Source: Actinomycetes bacterium (lineage in GTDB: Bacteria > Actinomycetota > Acidimicrobiia > Acidimicrobiales > Bog-793). Taken from it: a stretch of 64,000 nt of DNA. The notes beneath the pieces were generated by a model. It saw only the letters and a list, made by a program, of their open reading frames with translations, was not told where the DNA came from and ran no database searches. This document shows positions 48,854-60,544 of the stretch, piece by piece (position 1 is the first letter of the stretch; each line of letters starts with the position of its first letter). The stretch is taken from contig JAKABW010000002.1 in assembly GCA_021796535.1 (NCBI GenBank), positions 7,699-71,698 on the forward strand, in the 5' to 3' direction. The position numbers were made by a program, and so were the translations under genes.

Positions 48854-49414
48854 ATGAGCTGGAATGAAGACCTAAAAGAGCGTTTACAAAACGGCATGAA
48901 GCTGATTGAGCCCAATATCAAAACGGGTAAAGACTTCATGGAACATTTGTTGTCGGACGTACAAAAAGAAGCCGACGTCGGAAGAGAAAAAGTAGCCGAA
49001 ACCAAGTTGGATTTGGAAGAACTTGCCCAACACTTCGGTGCCAAGGCCAAGTTGACCGGCGAACGTTTTGAAGAACTTATCCGGCAGGAAGTCCAAAGAC
49101 AGGTGGAGTCGTATATCAAGCGCCGGCGTGAGCATTTGTCGCAGGCTGTTGTCTCTTATGCCGCTCAGGTCCAAAAAGCTATTTCGGGCATCGCGCACCA
49201 AGTTTTCAACGATTCCAAGAACAGTCCCGCAGATGCGGTTCCCGCAGTCGATCAGCCGCAGGCAGAGTTGCCCAAAGCTGAGACCGCAAAGACCGCTCCA
49301 AAGTCGGCCGCAAAGACCGCTCCAAAGACCGCTTTGAAAACTGCTGCGGAAAAACCGAGAGCCAAAAAAACTTTGCCCGCCGACGAAAGCAAAACAAGAC
49401 AAAAGAATATATGA
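48854..49414 (+). CDS. Hypothetical coiled-coil protein with a Lys/Ala/Pro-rich tail (phasin/HBHA-like architecture)
   Basis: Amphipathic helical N-terminus; AKTAPKSAAKTAPKTALK tail. Confidence 0.7.
   Translation: MSWNEDLKERLQNGMKLIEPNIKTGKDFMEHLLSDVQKEADVGREKVAETKLDLEELAQHFGAKAKLTGERFEELIRQEVQRQVESYIKRRREHLSQAVVSYAAQVQKAISGIAHQVFNDSKNSPADAVPAVDQPQAELPKAETAKTAPKSAAKTAPKTALKTAAEKPRAKKTLPADESKTRQKNI
49284..49333 (+). repeat. Coding tandem repeat (12/24-bp period)
   Basis: CCGCAAAGACCGCTCCAAAG at 49284 and 49308, plus a further partial unit. Confidence 0.85.
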
Positions 49415-49531
49415 TTCAAAGAGGCGTCTTTTTCGTAAAGTCGGCTTGAAAAACCGTGTTTCGTGTGGCTTTATGCCTGTTTAATCAGATATTTGAACAC
49501 GGCACAGCTTTTGGAAACTAAGGTAAAGTTT

Positions 49532-50350
49532 ATGGCGAAAACCATCTTATTGCTGGCACACCCCGGATATACAAAAGATACCGAAGTGGTTTCACAGATC
49601 TTCAAGTGGTGGGATGCCAACGGATATGACGTAACGGACGTTTCTGATCGCGGGATTGACTATCGAATACCAAAAAATTCAGGAGTGGAGTTTGTTTTGA
49701 GTTTGGGGGGCGACGGCACGATGTTGCGGGCGGCCCAGCTGGTGATGGGAACGGACATAGCTTTGGTCGGCATCAATTTCGGAAGACTCGGCTACCTCAC
49801 TCAGATGGAACCGGACGGCATCCACGGCTATTTTGAAAAGTTGCTCGTGCGCGATTACAGCATCGAAGAAAAAGCAACTTTGGAAATTACCGCCGGCAAC
49901 AAAACCTTTTTTTGTCTGAATGAAGTCACCATAGAAAAAGCCGTTCCCGGTCATACAGTTTCTCTGGTTTTGGAAATTTCAAAGTCGGAATTTATTGCTT
50001 ATCGCGGCGACGGCGTTCTGATTGCGACGCCAACCGGTTCCACGGCCTATAATCTGTCTTTGGGCGGTCCCATCCTCGTTCCCACGCTGAAAGCCATGTT
50101 GCTTACCCCCATAGCTCCCCATACCCTTTTTGACAGATCGATTATTTTGGGCGAAGACGAAATCGTGGAAGCCATACTGAGAGACGACTCCAAAGCACTC
50201 CTTGTGGCGGACGGAAACCTTCTCGCTCCCCTCGGAGCCGGAGACAGAGTATCCGTGCGTTCAGGCGGGCACAGGGTGCGCATCGTGCGCTTTCCGGGGC
50301 CGGATTTTTATGAAGTGGTGCGGGAAAAGTTCTATACGAATGACAGGTAG
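49532..50350 (+). CDS. ppnK: NAD(+) kinase
   Basis: LGGDGTMLR, GINFGRLGYL, LNE and DGVLIATPTGSTAY. Confidence 0.95.
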   Translation: MAKTILLLAHPGYTKDTEVVSQIFKWWDANGYDVTDVSDRGIDYRIPKNSGVEFVLSLGGDGTMLRAAQLVMGTDIALVGINFGRLGYLTQMEPDGIHGYFEKLLVRDYSIEEKATLEITAGNKTFFCLNEVTIEKAVPGHTVSLVLEISKSEFIAYRGDGVLIATPTGSTAYNLSLGGPILVPTLKAMLLTPIAPHTLFDRSIILGEDEIVEAILRDDSKALLVADGNLLAPLGAGDRVSVRSGGHRVRIVRFPGPDFYEVVREKFYTNDR

Positions 50351-50353
50351 GGC

Positions 50354-52039
50354 ATGCTTGAAGAATTGAGGGTCAAGTCGTTTGGCATCATTGCGGATAC
50401 GGCACTCGAGCTGTCTTCCGGGCTGAACGTGTTGACGGGAGAAACAGGCGCCGGAAAAACCTTGATCATCGGCGCCCTGCAATTGCTGTTCGGATCCAAG
50501 CAGGACTACAAAAGTTCCGACGGTCGCGAAACCGTGATAGAAGGACGTTTCCGTTTGGACAAAGAGGCCGTTGCCGCTTTGTCCGGACTCAGAGAACCTT
50601 CTCCGGAAGAGCCTGAGGAAGAACGGGGCGACCCCGATCTTTTCGGGGACTCGGAGCACGAATATATCCTCAGGCGTCAGATCACCGAGGGAAAAAAGTC
50701 AAGATTCTACATCAACGGCTCCATGGCAACGGCCAAAGAGGCGGCGGAGATCGGAGAAGTCGCCATAGAGATATTCGGTCAGCACGAACAGATGCGTCTG
50801 ATGAAAACTTCTGCCCAGAGAGCGGCTTTGGACCGCTATGCCGGTATCTCTTTGGAAGAATTGCAGGCGCTCAATTCGGCGTTGCGCAAGCTTGACAAAG
50901 AACTCCGGGGTTTCGGCGGAGACAAGGAATCTTTGGAAAGAGAAAAAGAGTTTTTGGAGTTTCAGCTGGCCGAGATAGACGCTTTGCGGATCGCTTCCGA
51001 GAGCGAAGACGACGATTTGAAGTCCGCCGAAGAACTGCTTGCTTCCGTGGGTGAGCTCAAAGAGTCCGCGCTCGGGGCTTTGCGGTTTTTGAAAGGGTCG
51101 GAATCCGGTCCCGGGGAAGGAGCCGACGATAAACTCGCCAACGCCCTGAGGATGCTTGACGGGAAAAACTACTTTGAGGCTGTCGTCGGGCGTTTGAACA
51201 ACTGCCTGACGGAATTGGTGGACTTGACCAGTGAGTTGAGAGCATCGCTTGACGGTTTGGAAGACGATCCGGCTGCACTGGAGTCTGTGAGGATGAGACG
51301 CAACGAGTTGCACCGCGTCATGCGCAAATACGGGCAAAGCTTGGCCGGCGTGTTGGAAAAGCGGCAGGAGCTGAAAGAAAAATTGGAAAATATTGCCGGT
51401 TACGAAGAAACCAGGGCCCGTCTGCTTGGGCAAAAGAGGGAATTGGAACTGGAGATGCGGGCGGCGGAAAAAGCGGTGGGGGACGCCAGACGAAAAGCCG
51501 CCCCCGAATTGGCAGAAGAGATAGAACGCCGTCTGAGCGAATTGAATCTTGCCGGAGCCTCTTTTGAAGTAAGGCTGGACGACGCCCCTTTTGCCGACAA
51601 TGTGGAGTTTTTTATGGCGCCAAATCCGGGGCGGGAAGCCGTTTCTGTGGCCAAGGCCGCTTCCGGAGGGGAGTTGTCGCGAGTGATGCTGGCTCTGAAA
51701 GTCGTCTTGACGGACGGTGCCCTGACATATGTCTTTGACGAGGTGGACGCCGGAATAGGCGGAGCCACGGCATTGGCTGTGGGAAGGCTCTTGTCAGGGT
51801 TGGCCCGAGACCGCCAAGTGGTGGTGGTTACCCATCTGGCGCAGGTGGCCGCTTTTGCCGACAGACATTTCGTGGTGGAAAAATCCAACGAAGGGGGGGA
51901 CACCTCGACTTTTGTGAGAGAGGTGACGGCGGACGCTCTGCTTGCCGAACTGGCGCGGATGCTTTCCGGTCAGCCCGGCAGCGAAATAGCTTTACGGCAC
52001 GCCAGAGAGCTGAAAGAAAAAGCTTCTCAGATGCGCTGA
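50354..52039 (+). CDS. recN: DNA repair protein RecN
   Basis: TGETGAGK, FGQH, ASGGELSR, FDEVDAGIGG and VTHLAQVA. Confidence 0.97.
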   Translation: MLEELRVKSFGIIADTALELSSGLNVLTGETGAGKTLIIGALQLLFGSKQDYKSSDGRETVIEGRFRLDKEAVAALSGLREPSPEEPEEERGDPDLFGDSEHEYILRRQITEGKKSRFYINGSMATAKEAAEIGEVAIEIFGQHEQMRLMKTSAQRAALDRYAGISLEELQALNSALRKLDKELRGFGGDKESLEREKEFLEFQLAEIDALRIASESEDDDLKSAEELLASVGELKESALGALRFLKGSESGPGEGADDKLANALRMLDGKNYFEAVVGRLNNCLTELVDLTSELRASLDGLEDDPAALESVRMRRNELHRVMRKYGQSLAGVLEKRQELKEKLENIAGYEETRARLLGQKRELELEMRAAEKAVGDARRKAAPELAEEIERRLSELNLAGASFEVRLDDAPFADNVEFFMAPNPGREAVSVAKAASGGELSRVMLALKVVLTDGALTYVFDEVDAGIGGATALAVGRLLSGLARDRQVVVVTHLAQVAAFADRHFVVEKSNEGGDTSTFVREVTADALLAELARMLSGQPGSEIALRHARELKEKASQMR

Positions 52040-52043
52040 CGTC

Positions 52044-53015
52044 TTAGGCCGGCGGAGTTTCTTTGTTGAAGGCCACCGGAATTACGAATTTTTCCAAACT
52101 CTTCGGAATGCCTTTGCATACCGGAGCGCTGTTTTTGATGGAGTCGCATACCGCCCCTATGATGTGACCGGCCTGGGCCTGCAAATTCATGGTGGTTGGG
52201 AAAGCTCCGGCTGCGGCTTGGACAACGGTTTGTTTTATGCCTTGTTTGGCCAGCCATTGTGGGTCATAACCCGGTGTGGCCAGAAAGTATTTGCCTCCCA
52301 CCAAAAGAAAAGGAAGGGAATCTTTGACACCGGCGTAGGGGGGTTTGTCCCATTCGTTCATCAGCTTTGCTTCTTCCGGAGTCGGGCTTTGGAGGGGCTG
52401 CCATTTTCCCGGAGCGATTTGTTGGGTCGAGTACAGCTCCACCGGAAAGAAGTTGATGTATTTGCTCGTATAGGTCGTTCCCACAAAAGAGGCCCCCGCC
52501 ACATTGGGCATGGCGTCTTTCGGGGAGGAGATGACTGCCGCCAGGTTGCGGAAGGTGCCGAATTTGGCCAGAGCCTCCACTATCGGCCAGCTGAGTCCGG
52601 CACAGCCGCCGCAGTATTCGCCTCCGAAGTAGTATATGTCGAGCTTTCCGTTGGTCACCAGCAATTTTGCTTGTTTGGGTGGCAATTCGGCCGGCGGTGT
52701 TAGATTGCTTGCCTGCTGGGAGCTGATAAACATGGATCTTGGCGTAACGTCTTGGATGGTATTGTCGTATGCCGTCGGCATGACGATGGCGCCGGAGTTT
52801 GCGGTGTTTTGCCCTCCGGTTCCCGCAACAACGACGGCTATCGCCGCTATGACGATTATAACGGCCGCTATTCCCGCCGCAATGTACGTGCGCCTGCGCC
52901 CGGAGGACTTGCCTGCCCCTTCTTTTACAGGCGCTTCAGCCGGCCTTGGACGGGCCGGACCCGAGACGGCAACCTGTTTTTTGGGTCGTGAATTCTTATA
53001 AGTTTTTTTTGCCAT
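52044..53015 (-). CDS. DUF929-like membrane-anchored thioredoxin-fold protein
   Basis: TM anchor; GGEYCGGCA...W....AL.KFG.F..L, YTSKYINF..VE and LPF...GKY motifs. Confidence 0.72.
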   Translation of the reverse strand: MAKKTYKNSRPKKQVAVSGPARPRPAEAPVKEGAGKSSGRRRTYIAAGIAAVIIVIAAIAVVVAGTGGQNTANSGAIVMPTAYDNTIQDVTPRSMFISSQQASNLTPPAELPPKQAKLLVTNGKLDIYYFGGEYCGGCAGLSWPIVEALAKFGTFRNLAAVISSPKDAMPNVAGASFVGTTYTSKYINFFPVELYSTQQIAPGKWQPLQSPTPEEAKLMNEWDKPPYAGVKDSLPFLLVGGKYFLATPGYDPQWLAKQGIKQTVVQAAAGAFPTTMNLQAQAGHIIGAVCDSIKNSAPVCKGIPKSLEKFVIPVAFNKETPPA

Positions 53016-53231
53016 TTCGATTCCCCATGAACTAGCTTTTGATGTTCCCGTGTTTCACAAGCTGCGCTGTGTCGAAGTTCGCATTTTTGTATCGCTACAT
53101 TATATAGTGCCCAAGCAAAGCGGCGGTGTCATAATCGGGTTTTTATGAAGCGTCCGGTTTGTTGCGCGTATTTTACCGAAATGTCATAACGGGTCCAAAT
53201 ATTTTGTCGTGATAAATTTATGCGGGTATAG

Positions 53232-55067
<1,836 letters not shown>

Positions 55068-55151
55068 GAAAGCAAGACTTGACGTTACAGATCACCATAC
55101 GCGGCGCCTCTGCTATATTGAGTAGTCAGCGCTTTTGATTCGCAAAGGATT

Positions 55152-55730
55152 TTGACAGTGACAGATTTCCCCGTATTTCGCCATATAGGCGAACGTCTGA
55201 GATATGATGCGGGTTTTTTTAATCTTGTAACGGGCACTTTTGTGGCACCGGACGGTTTCAGCTTTGAGCGGAGCATAGTGCGTCACCCCGGTGCCGTATG
55301 CATAGCGGCCCTGCATGCCGACAACGAATCCGTGGTGGCCGTCAGGCAGTACAGATCGGCGGTCGATCGGCCTTTGCTGGAACTCCCCGCCGGGAAAATG
55401 GACAAACCGGAAGAGCCGCATCTTTTGTGCGCGCAAAGGGAACTTATCGAAGAAACCGGTTATTTGGCGGAAAAATGGACCGAGCTCGGTTATTTTTACA
55501 ATTCCCCCGGGTTTAATGACGAAAAGACAGTCATCTATTTGGCCGAAGATCTGACAAAAATCGACAGATCGACGGAAGGCGTGGAAGAAAGCTATATGAC
55601 CGTGGAAAAGATCAATTTGGCCGAATGCGACCAATTGACAGACGCCAAAGAATTGACGGACGCCAAAACCCTGATAGCCCTCGGTTGGGTCAGGAGATAC
55701 TTGGCCGAAAACAAAGGCAAGGTTTTCTGA
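55152..55730 (+). CDS. Nudix hydrolase (ADP-ribose pyrophosphatase-like)
   Basis: HPGAV, RQYR, ELPAG..D...AQRELIEETG and SPG. Confidence 0.92.
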   Translation: MTVTDFPVFRHIGERLRYDAGFFNLVTGTFVAPDGFSFERSIVRHPGAVCIAALHADNESVVAVRQYRSAVDRPLLELPAGKMDKPEEPHLLCAQRELIEETGYLAEKWTELGYFYNSPGFNDEKTVIYLAEDLTKIDRSTEGVEESYMTVEKINLAECDQLTDAKELTDAKTLIALGWVRRYLAENKGKVF

Positions 55731-55759
55731 TGCCGCGAGTTCTTCTTTTTCGCAACTGA

Positions 55760-56704
55760 ATGCCGCCCGCCGAGATTTCCCGTGAAGCAGAAGAATTCCT
55801 GGGGTACCTGGCGGTAGAGAAGGGCAGATCCAAAAACACCCTGGCTTCATACAGGAATACCCTTACCGTATATGAAAATTTTCTGGATCTTCACGGTCGG
55901 CATTCTCACGGGGAAGTTTCGGTCGGCGATATAGAAGGATTTGCCGCTTTTCTCACCGAAAAGAACTATTCCCGCTCTTCGACAGCCCAGATGCTCTCGG
56001 CATTAAAAGGATTTTACCGCTTCTCCCTGCAGGAAAAGAAAATCGAAACCGATCCGACTTCGGATCTTTTTTCCGTGCGCCGTGCCCGTCTTTTGCCCAA
56101 ACCGATATCCGTGGAAGAAGTCGAACTGTTGCTTTCTTCGGTTTCCGGCACCGATCCCACTTCTCTGCGGGACAGAGCAATACTCGAAGTCATGTATGCG
56201 GCGGGTTTGCGGATTTCGGAAGTGACGGCTCTGTGTCTTGCCGACATAAAAGTGACCGACATGGGGCTTTGGGTCATCGTCGTTCTGGGAAAGGGTTCCA
56301 AGGAACGCATTGTCCCCATAGGCAGACCGGCTCAGGGCGCTTTGACCGCCTGGCTTGGCGAGGGGGGCAGGGAAGCTGTTCTCAGAAAATACGGCACCGG
56401 TCAAAAAGTACGGGATCTGCTTTGGCTTTCTTCCAAGGCAAAACCCATGACCAGACAGACAATTTGGCGGGCGGTCAAGACGAGAGCGGCGGCGGCGGGA
56501 CTTTCTTCCAAAGTCACCCCCCATACTTTGCGTCACAGTTTTGCCAGTCACATGATCGACAACGGGGCCGATATCAGGGTCATTCAGGAATTGCTGGGGC
56601 ACGCTTCTTTGGTCACGACTCAGATATATACAAAAGTATCGGTGAAGAAGCTGAGAGAGGTTTACCTGGAAACCCATCCCCGGGCCGAAACGGCGAGGCG
56701 GTAG
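55760..56704 (+). CDS. xerD: Tyrosine recombinase XerD
   Basis: RDRAILE..YAAGLRISE, GKGSKER, HTLRHSFA and LLGH..TTQIY; conserved pyrG-nudix-xerD order. Confidence 0.93.
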   Translation: MPPAEISREAEEFLGYLAVEKGRSKNTLASYRNTLTVYENFLDLHGRHSHGEVSVGDIEGFAAFLTEKNYSRSSTAQMLSALKGFYRFSLQEKKIETDPTSDLFSVRRARLLPKPISVEEVELLLSSVSGTDPTSLRDRAILEVMYAAGLRISEVTALCLADIKVTDMGLWVIVVLGKGSKERIVPIGRPAQGALTAWLGEGGREAVLRKYGTGQKVRDLLWLSSKAKPMTRQTIWRAVKTRAAAAGLSSKVTPHTLRHSFASHMIDNGADIRVIQELLGHASLVTTQIYTKVSVKKLREVYLETHPRAETARR

Positions 56705-56787
56705 CGGCCGGCGGCTTTTATCAAAAAATTTGTAACGGTTGAAAAATTTTTAGTTATAAAAAAGTTTACTTGGGCTAAACTTATAGT

Positions 56788-57291
56788 ATGGCTTCAAGTT
56801 ATCCGATACGTATCATAGGCGATCCCGTACTGCGGCAACGCTCTTCCGAAATCACAAACATCACTCCGGCTCTTGTGAAATTGGCTCAGGACATGTTGGA
56901 GACAATGTACGAAGCGCCGGGAGTCGGTTTAGCCGCGCCTCAGGTCGGTGTGGGCAGAAGGATCTTTGTTTACGACATAGGAGACGGTCCGGGAGTAGTC
57001 ATCAACCCCACGATCTTGGAGTCGGACGGCGAATGGGTTTACAAGGAAGGTTGCCTTTCCATACCCGATATGGCGTGGGATTTGGTCAGACCCAAGACTG
57101 TCCGTCTTGCCGGAATCGATCTGGACGGCAACGACATAGATATGGAAGCCGATGAACTTCTGGCCCGGTGTTTCCAACACGAAGTGGATCATCTGGACGG
57201 CGTGCTCGTGGTGGAAAGACTGAACGACGACCAAAGAAAAGAAGCCATGAAGATTATCAGAAAGCGCGACATGGTCGCGACGCAAGGTTAG
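56788..57291 (+). CDS. def: Peptide deformylase
   Basis: GVGLAAPQ, EGCLS and QHEVDHLDG. Confidence 0.97.
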   Translation: MASSYPIRIIGDPVLRQRSSEITNITPALVKLAQDMLETMYEAPGVGLAAPQVGVGRRIFVYDIGDGPGVVINPTILESDGEWVYKEGCLSIPDMAWDLVRPKTVRLAGIDLDGNDIDMEADELLARCFQHEVDHLDGVLVVERLNDDQRKEAMKIIRKRDMVATQG

Positions 57292-57297
57292 GCGAAG

Positions 57298-58224
57298 CTG
57301 GCAAATTTAGTTTTTTTGGGTTCTCCGGAAGAAGCGGCACTTTGTCTGAAGGCCTTGCTCGGAGCCGGCCATGAAGTCAAAGCGGTAATCACGCAAAAAG
57401 ACTCAAGGGGCGCACGCGGAGGGCTTCAACCGACAAAAGTAAAGCAGACCGCTCTGGAAAACGGACTTTTCGTGAGCGATGACGTCAATGATTTGCTCAG
57501 TTTTGCCCAAGAAGTCGACTGCGGAATCGTGGTGGCTTTCGGGCGCATCATCAAACCGGAAATTTTGGAAAAAATTGCCATGGTAAATATCCACTTTTCT
57601 CTGTTGCCGCGATGGCGCGGAGCCGCCCCCGTGGAAAGAGCCCTCCTGGCTGGCGACGGAAAAACCGGTGTATCTCTGATGGCAGTAGATAAAGGACTCG
57701 ACACCGGGGGAGTCTTTGCCATGCAAGAAATCGAAATAGACGATGAGGCAACGGCCGGAGAATTGCGTCTCCGCCTTACCGAAATCGGTATAGAGTTGCT
57801 TTTGGAAAGGCTGAGTCTTCCCGCAGACGCTGTGGTCGCAAAAGATTCTCCGCTGGGAGTTTCCGCTTATTTCAAGGACTCCGTTCCGCAAAGCGGAGAA
57901 CCCACTTATGCGGCCAAGATAACCCCCGCAGATTTAAAAATCGGCTGGCCGGATCCTTCGACGCTGACCTTGCGGCGCATCAGGGTGGGGAAAGCCTGGA
58001 CTCTGTTCCGAGGGGAAAGGCTGATTGTCCACTCGGCGGAGCGCGCCGACTTGCCGTCGGATGAGTCTCTTGTTCCCGGTTCAATTGCACAAGACGGTGT
58101 CGTGGCCACCTCGGACGGTGCCGTCAGACTGATCAAGGTGCAGTCGGCGGGCAGGGCGCCCCTTGACTTTGCGGCTTGGGTAAAAGGCGTCCATCTGCAA
58201 AACGGCGAGAGATTGGGGGAATAG
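57298..58224 (+). CDS. fmt: Methionyl-tRNA formyltransferase (probable non-canonical CTG start)
   Basis: LVFLGSPE, VVAFG, NIHFSLLPRWRGAAP and GLDTG; the first beta-strand lies upstream of the first canonical start (TTG 57316). Confidence 0.93.
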   Translation: MANLVFLGSPEEAALCLKALLGAGHEVKAVITQKDSRGARGGLQPTKVKQTALENGLFVSDDVNDLLSFAQEVDCGIVVAFGRIIKPEILEKIAMVNIHFSLLPRWRGAAPVERALLAGDGKTGVSLMAVDKGLDTGGVFAMQEIEIDDEATAGELRLRLTEIGIELLLERLSLPADAVVAKDSPLGVSAYFKDSVPQSGEPTYAAKITPADLKIGWPDPSTLTLRRIRVGKAWTLFRGERLIVHSAERADLPSDESLVPGSIAQDGVVATSDGAVRLIKVQSAGRAPLDFAAWVKGVHLQNGERLGE

Positions 58225-58916
58225 TGGAAAACGACGGATTTCAAAAAATAAGAATAGCGCCGTCCATTTTATCGGCGGATTTTTCAGTGTTGGCCGAGGA
58301 AATGGCTTCCGTGGAGCCCTTCGTGGACTGGCTGCACATAGACGTCATGGACGGTCATTTCGTGCCCAACCTGACAATAGGTCCGCCGGTGGTAAAAGCC
58401 ATCCGGCCACACAGCAAAGCATTCTTTGATGCTCATCTGATGATGACCAATCCTGAAGAATATTTTTCCGCTTTCGCTTCCGCCGGGGCGGACTCGGTCA
58501 CTTTTCACGTTGAGACAGGCGATACCGGGAACAGAATCGCGGCGGCCAGAGAAAAAGGCTTAAAAGTCGGATTGGCCCTCAACCCGGACACGGCTTATGA
58601 CGCCGTCCGTCCCTACCTTGCCTCCGTCGATCTTTTGCTTGTCATGAGCGTCTTTCCAGGTTTCGGCGGACAGTCTTTCATAGCCGATGTGCTGGATAAA
58701 ATAAGGGCGGCACGCCTTGATATCGACAGGCAGGGTCTGAAAGTATTTTTGCAGGTGGACGGGGGGATCAACGCAGAAACGGCCGCTTTGGCTGCGGCCG
58801 CCGGGGCACGAATTTTTGTGGCCGGCTCGGCTGTTTTTTCTGCACCGAACCGGGCCGCGGCGATCGAGGCGATATACTCCTCCGCACAAAAAGCAGGTAT
58901 GCCCGAGTTGTTTTGA
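58224..58916 (+). CDS. rpe: Ribulose-phosphate 3-epimerase
   Basis: IAPSILSADF, HIDVMDGHFVPN, MSVFPGFGGQ and VDGG; GTG overlaps the fmt TAG. Confidence 0.97.
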   Translation: MENDGFQKIRIAPSILSADFSVLAEEMASVEPFVDWLHIDVMDGHFVPNLTIGPPVVKAIRPHSKAFFDAHLMMTNPEEYFSAFASAGADSVTFHVETGDTGNRIAAAREKGLKVGLALNPDTAYDAVRPYLASVDLLLVMSVFPGFGGQSFIADVLDKIRAARLDIDRQGLKVFLQVDGGINAETAALAAAAGARIFVAGSAVFSAPNRAAAIEAIYSSAQKAGMPELF

Positions 58917-58969
58917 TGTTATGATATGCCGGTACGACTCCGGAGAAAACACGAAACCGAAGAGGACGG

Positions 58970-59845
58970 ATGTTAAAAATAGCATTGCCAAAAGGATCAC
59001 TGGAAAGTCCCACACTCGACCTTTTTGCCGAAGCCGACTTGGCGGTGATCAGGGGTTCGGATGTCGATTACCGGGCCTCCGTCGATGATCCGAGGGTGAG
59101 TGAAGTCAGAATACTGAGACCGCAGGAAATCCCTCTCTATGTCGCCGAAGGTATTTTTGATCTCGGCCTCACCGGAAGGGACTGGATCAACGAGACGGAA
59201 GCGGACGTGGAGTCTTTGGCCGTTTTGCCGTACTCCAAGCGCACCACCAATCCCATTAAAGTTGTTTTGGCGGTGGGCGGGACTTCCGGGATAGAAAAGC
59301 TTGCCGACATCAAAGACGGCACCCGGATAGCCACCGAATACCCCAATCTGACAAGACGTTTTTTTGAAAAACTCGGCGTAAGGGTGGAAGTGAAGCCCTC
59401 TTACGGCGCCACCGAAGCAAAAATTCCGGAAATTGCCGATGCCGTCGTGGAAATTACCGAAACGGGGAAGGCCTTGCGCGCCGCCGGACTAAAAATAGTG
59501 GCGGTTTTGCTGGAGTCCTACACGGAGCTGATTGCCAATAAAGACTCTTTTGCCGACGACGCAAAAGCTCATGCCATGTCCCAACTGCGCACTTTACTGT
59601 TGGGAACCCTGGAGGCCAGGCAACAGGTACTGGTAAAAATGAATGTGGCGAAAGAAAACCTCCAAAAGGTGATAGGGGTTCTGCCTTCCATGAAGGCCCC
59701 CACGGTTTCCGAACTTTACAGCGGCGAAGGTTTTGCCGTGGAGACCGTTGTGCCGAAGTCTTCCATCAATATTTTGATTCCCGCGCTTTGCGACAACGGG
59801 GCAACCGATATTTTGGAGTTGAAGCTGTCTAAAATAGTCCGTTAG
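58970..59845 (+). CDS. hisG: ATP phosphoribosyltransferase (long form)
   Basis: KIALPKGSL, IATEYP, GATE, ETGKALR and a C-terminal regulatory domain (LPSMKAPTV). Confidence 0.95.
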   Translation: MLKIALPKGSLESPTLDLFAEADLAVIRGSDVDYRASVDDPRVSEVRILRPQEIPLYVAEGIFDLGLTGRDWINETEADVESLAVLPYSKRTTNPIKVVLAVGGTSGIEKLADIKDGTRIATEYPNLTRRFFEKLGVRVEVKPSYGATEAKIPEIADAVVEITETGKALRAAGLKIVAVLLESYTELIANKDSFADDAKAHAMSQLRTLLLGTLEARQQVLVKMNVAKENLQKVIGVLPSMKAPTVSELYSGEGFAVETVVPKSSINILIPALCDNGATDILELKLSKIVR

Positions 59846-59857
59846 GGTGGGTTTTGA

Positions 59858-60100
59858 ATGCTTAAGGAAGAAGACATTTCGTTGTTGACAACTCCGGTTT
59901 TTCCGGCCTCAGTAAAGGGTTTTGATGAGGCAAGGGGAACAGGGTGTCTGCACCGGGAGGGACACGAAGAGGATATTTTTTTTCACTGCACACAATTGAC
60001 GGACGGAACGCGGAGCATAGATGTCGGGAGGAAAGTCCTTGCCGGAATCAGACCCGGAAAGGCCGGAGCCCCCGAGGCCTGCAATATAGTTAAGCTGTAG
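59858..60100 (+). CDS. Cold-shock-domain-like protein
   Basis: V.GFDEARGTG (RNP1-like) and IFFHCTQ (RNP2-like), followed by DGTRSI. Confidence 0.7.
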   Translation: MLKEEDISLLTTPVFPASVKGFDEARGTGCLHREGHEEDIFFHCTQLTDGTRSIDVGRKVLAGIRPGKAGAPEACNIVKL

Positions 60101-60509
60101 GCTCCCGGTCGTCTTTCGTCCCGTTGTCCGTGCCGGCGGCTTTGGCAATTTGGACGTAGACCAACTGGAGCTGCGCAAGTCCTTCCCGCAAGCTGTGTTC
60201 TGCCTCTCCCAATCTGCCGGCGAGTTTTTCCGTGACGGCCCCCATGGCATCTATGGCCAGAGAAGCCTCTTTTATCCCGGGCGGGTCGGAGGAAAGGTGA
60301 ATGGCCGCCAGCTGAAACAGTCCGTAGCAATGGTTTGCCACGATCTCTTCGGCCGGCATCGATCTCAACCTTTGTTCGATGTCTTGAATTTCTTTGACAG
60401 GATCGGTGACGGAGTCCTCGGCGGGTTGCCGTTGCGTGTTATCCTGTGCCGGGGCCTTTGCCGGCCTTCTGATTTCATGTTCGCCGTTTGGTGTCCAGAT
60501 GCTACTCAT
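60090..60509 (-). CDS. DUF1844-like protein
   Basis: MSSIWTP, VANH..GLFQLAAIHL, LAIDAM and LAQLQLVYV; divergent from infC as in other actinobacteria. Confidence 0.75.
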   Translation of the reverse strand: MSSIWTPNGEHEIRRPAKAPAQDNTQRQPAEDSVTDPVKEIQDIEQRLRSMPAEEIVANHCYGLFQLAAIHLSSDPPGIKEASLAIDAMGAVTEKLAGRLGEAEHSLREGLAQLQLVYVQIAKAAGTDNGTKDDREPTA

Positions 60510-60544
60510 GTATGCTATTATATAAAAATATAAATAAAAGTAAA

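Noticed and set aside
50348-50356. In-frame ppnK-TAG-recN junction and genome-wide amber recoding
   Set aside because: recN has its own ATG, and many genes (pilA, murB, xerD, hisG) end normally at TAG, consistent with the standard bacterial code
55760-56704. Tyrosine recombinase as a prophage/island integrase or pilin invertase
   Set aside because: XerD motifs and housekeeping pyrG-nudix-xerD context; no att sites or cargo genes seen
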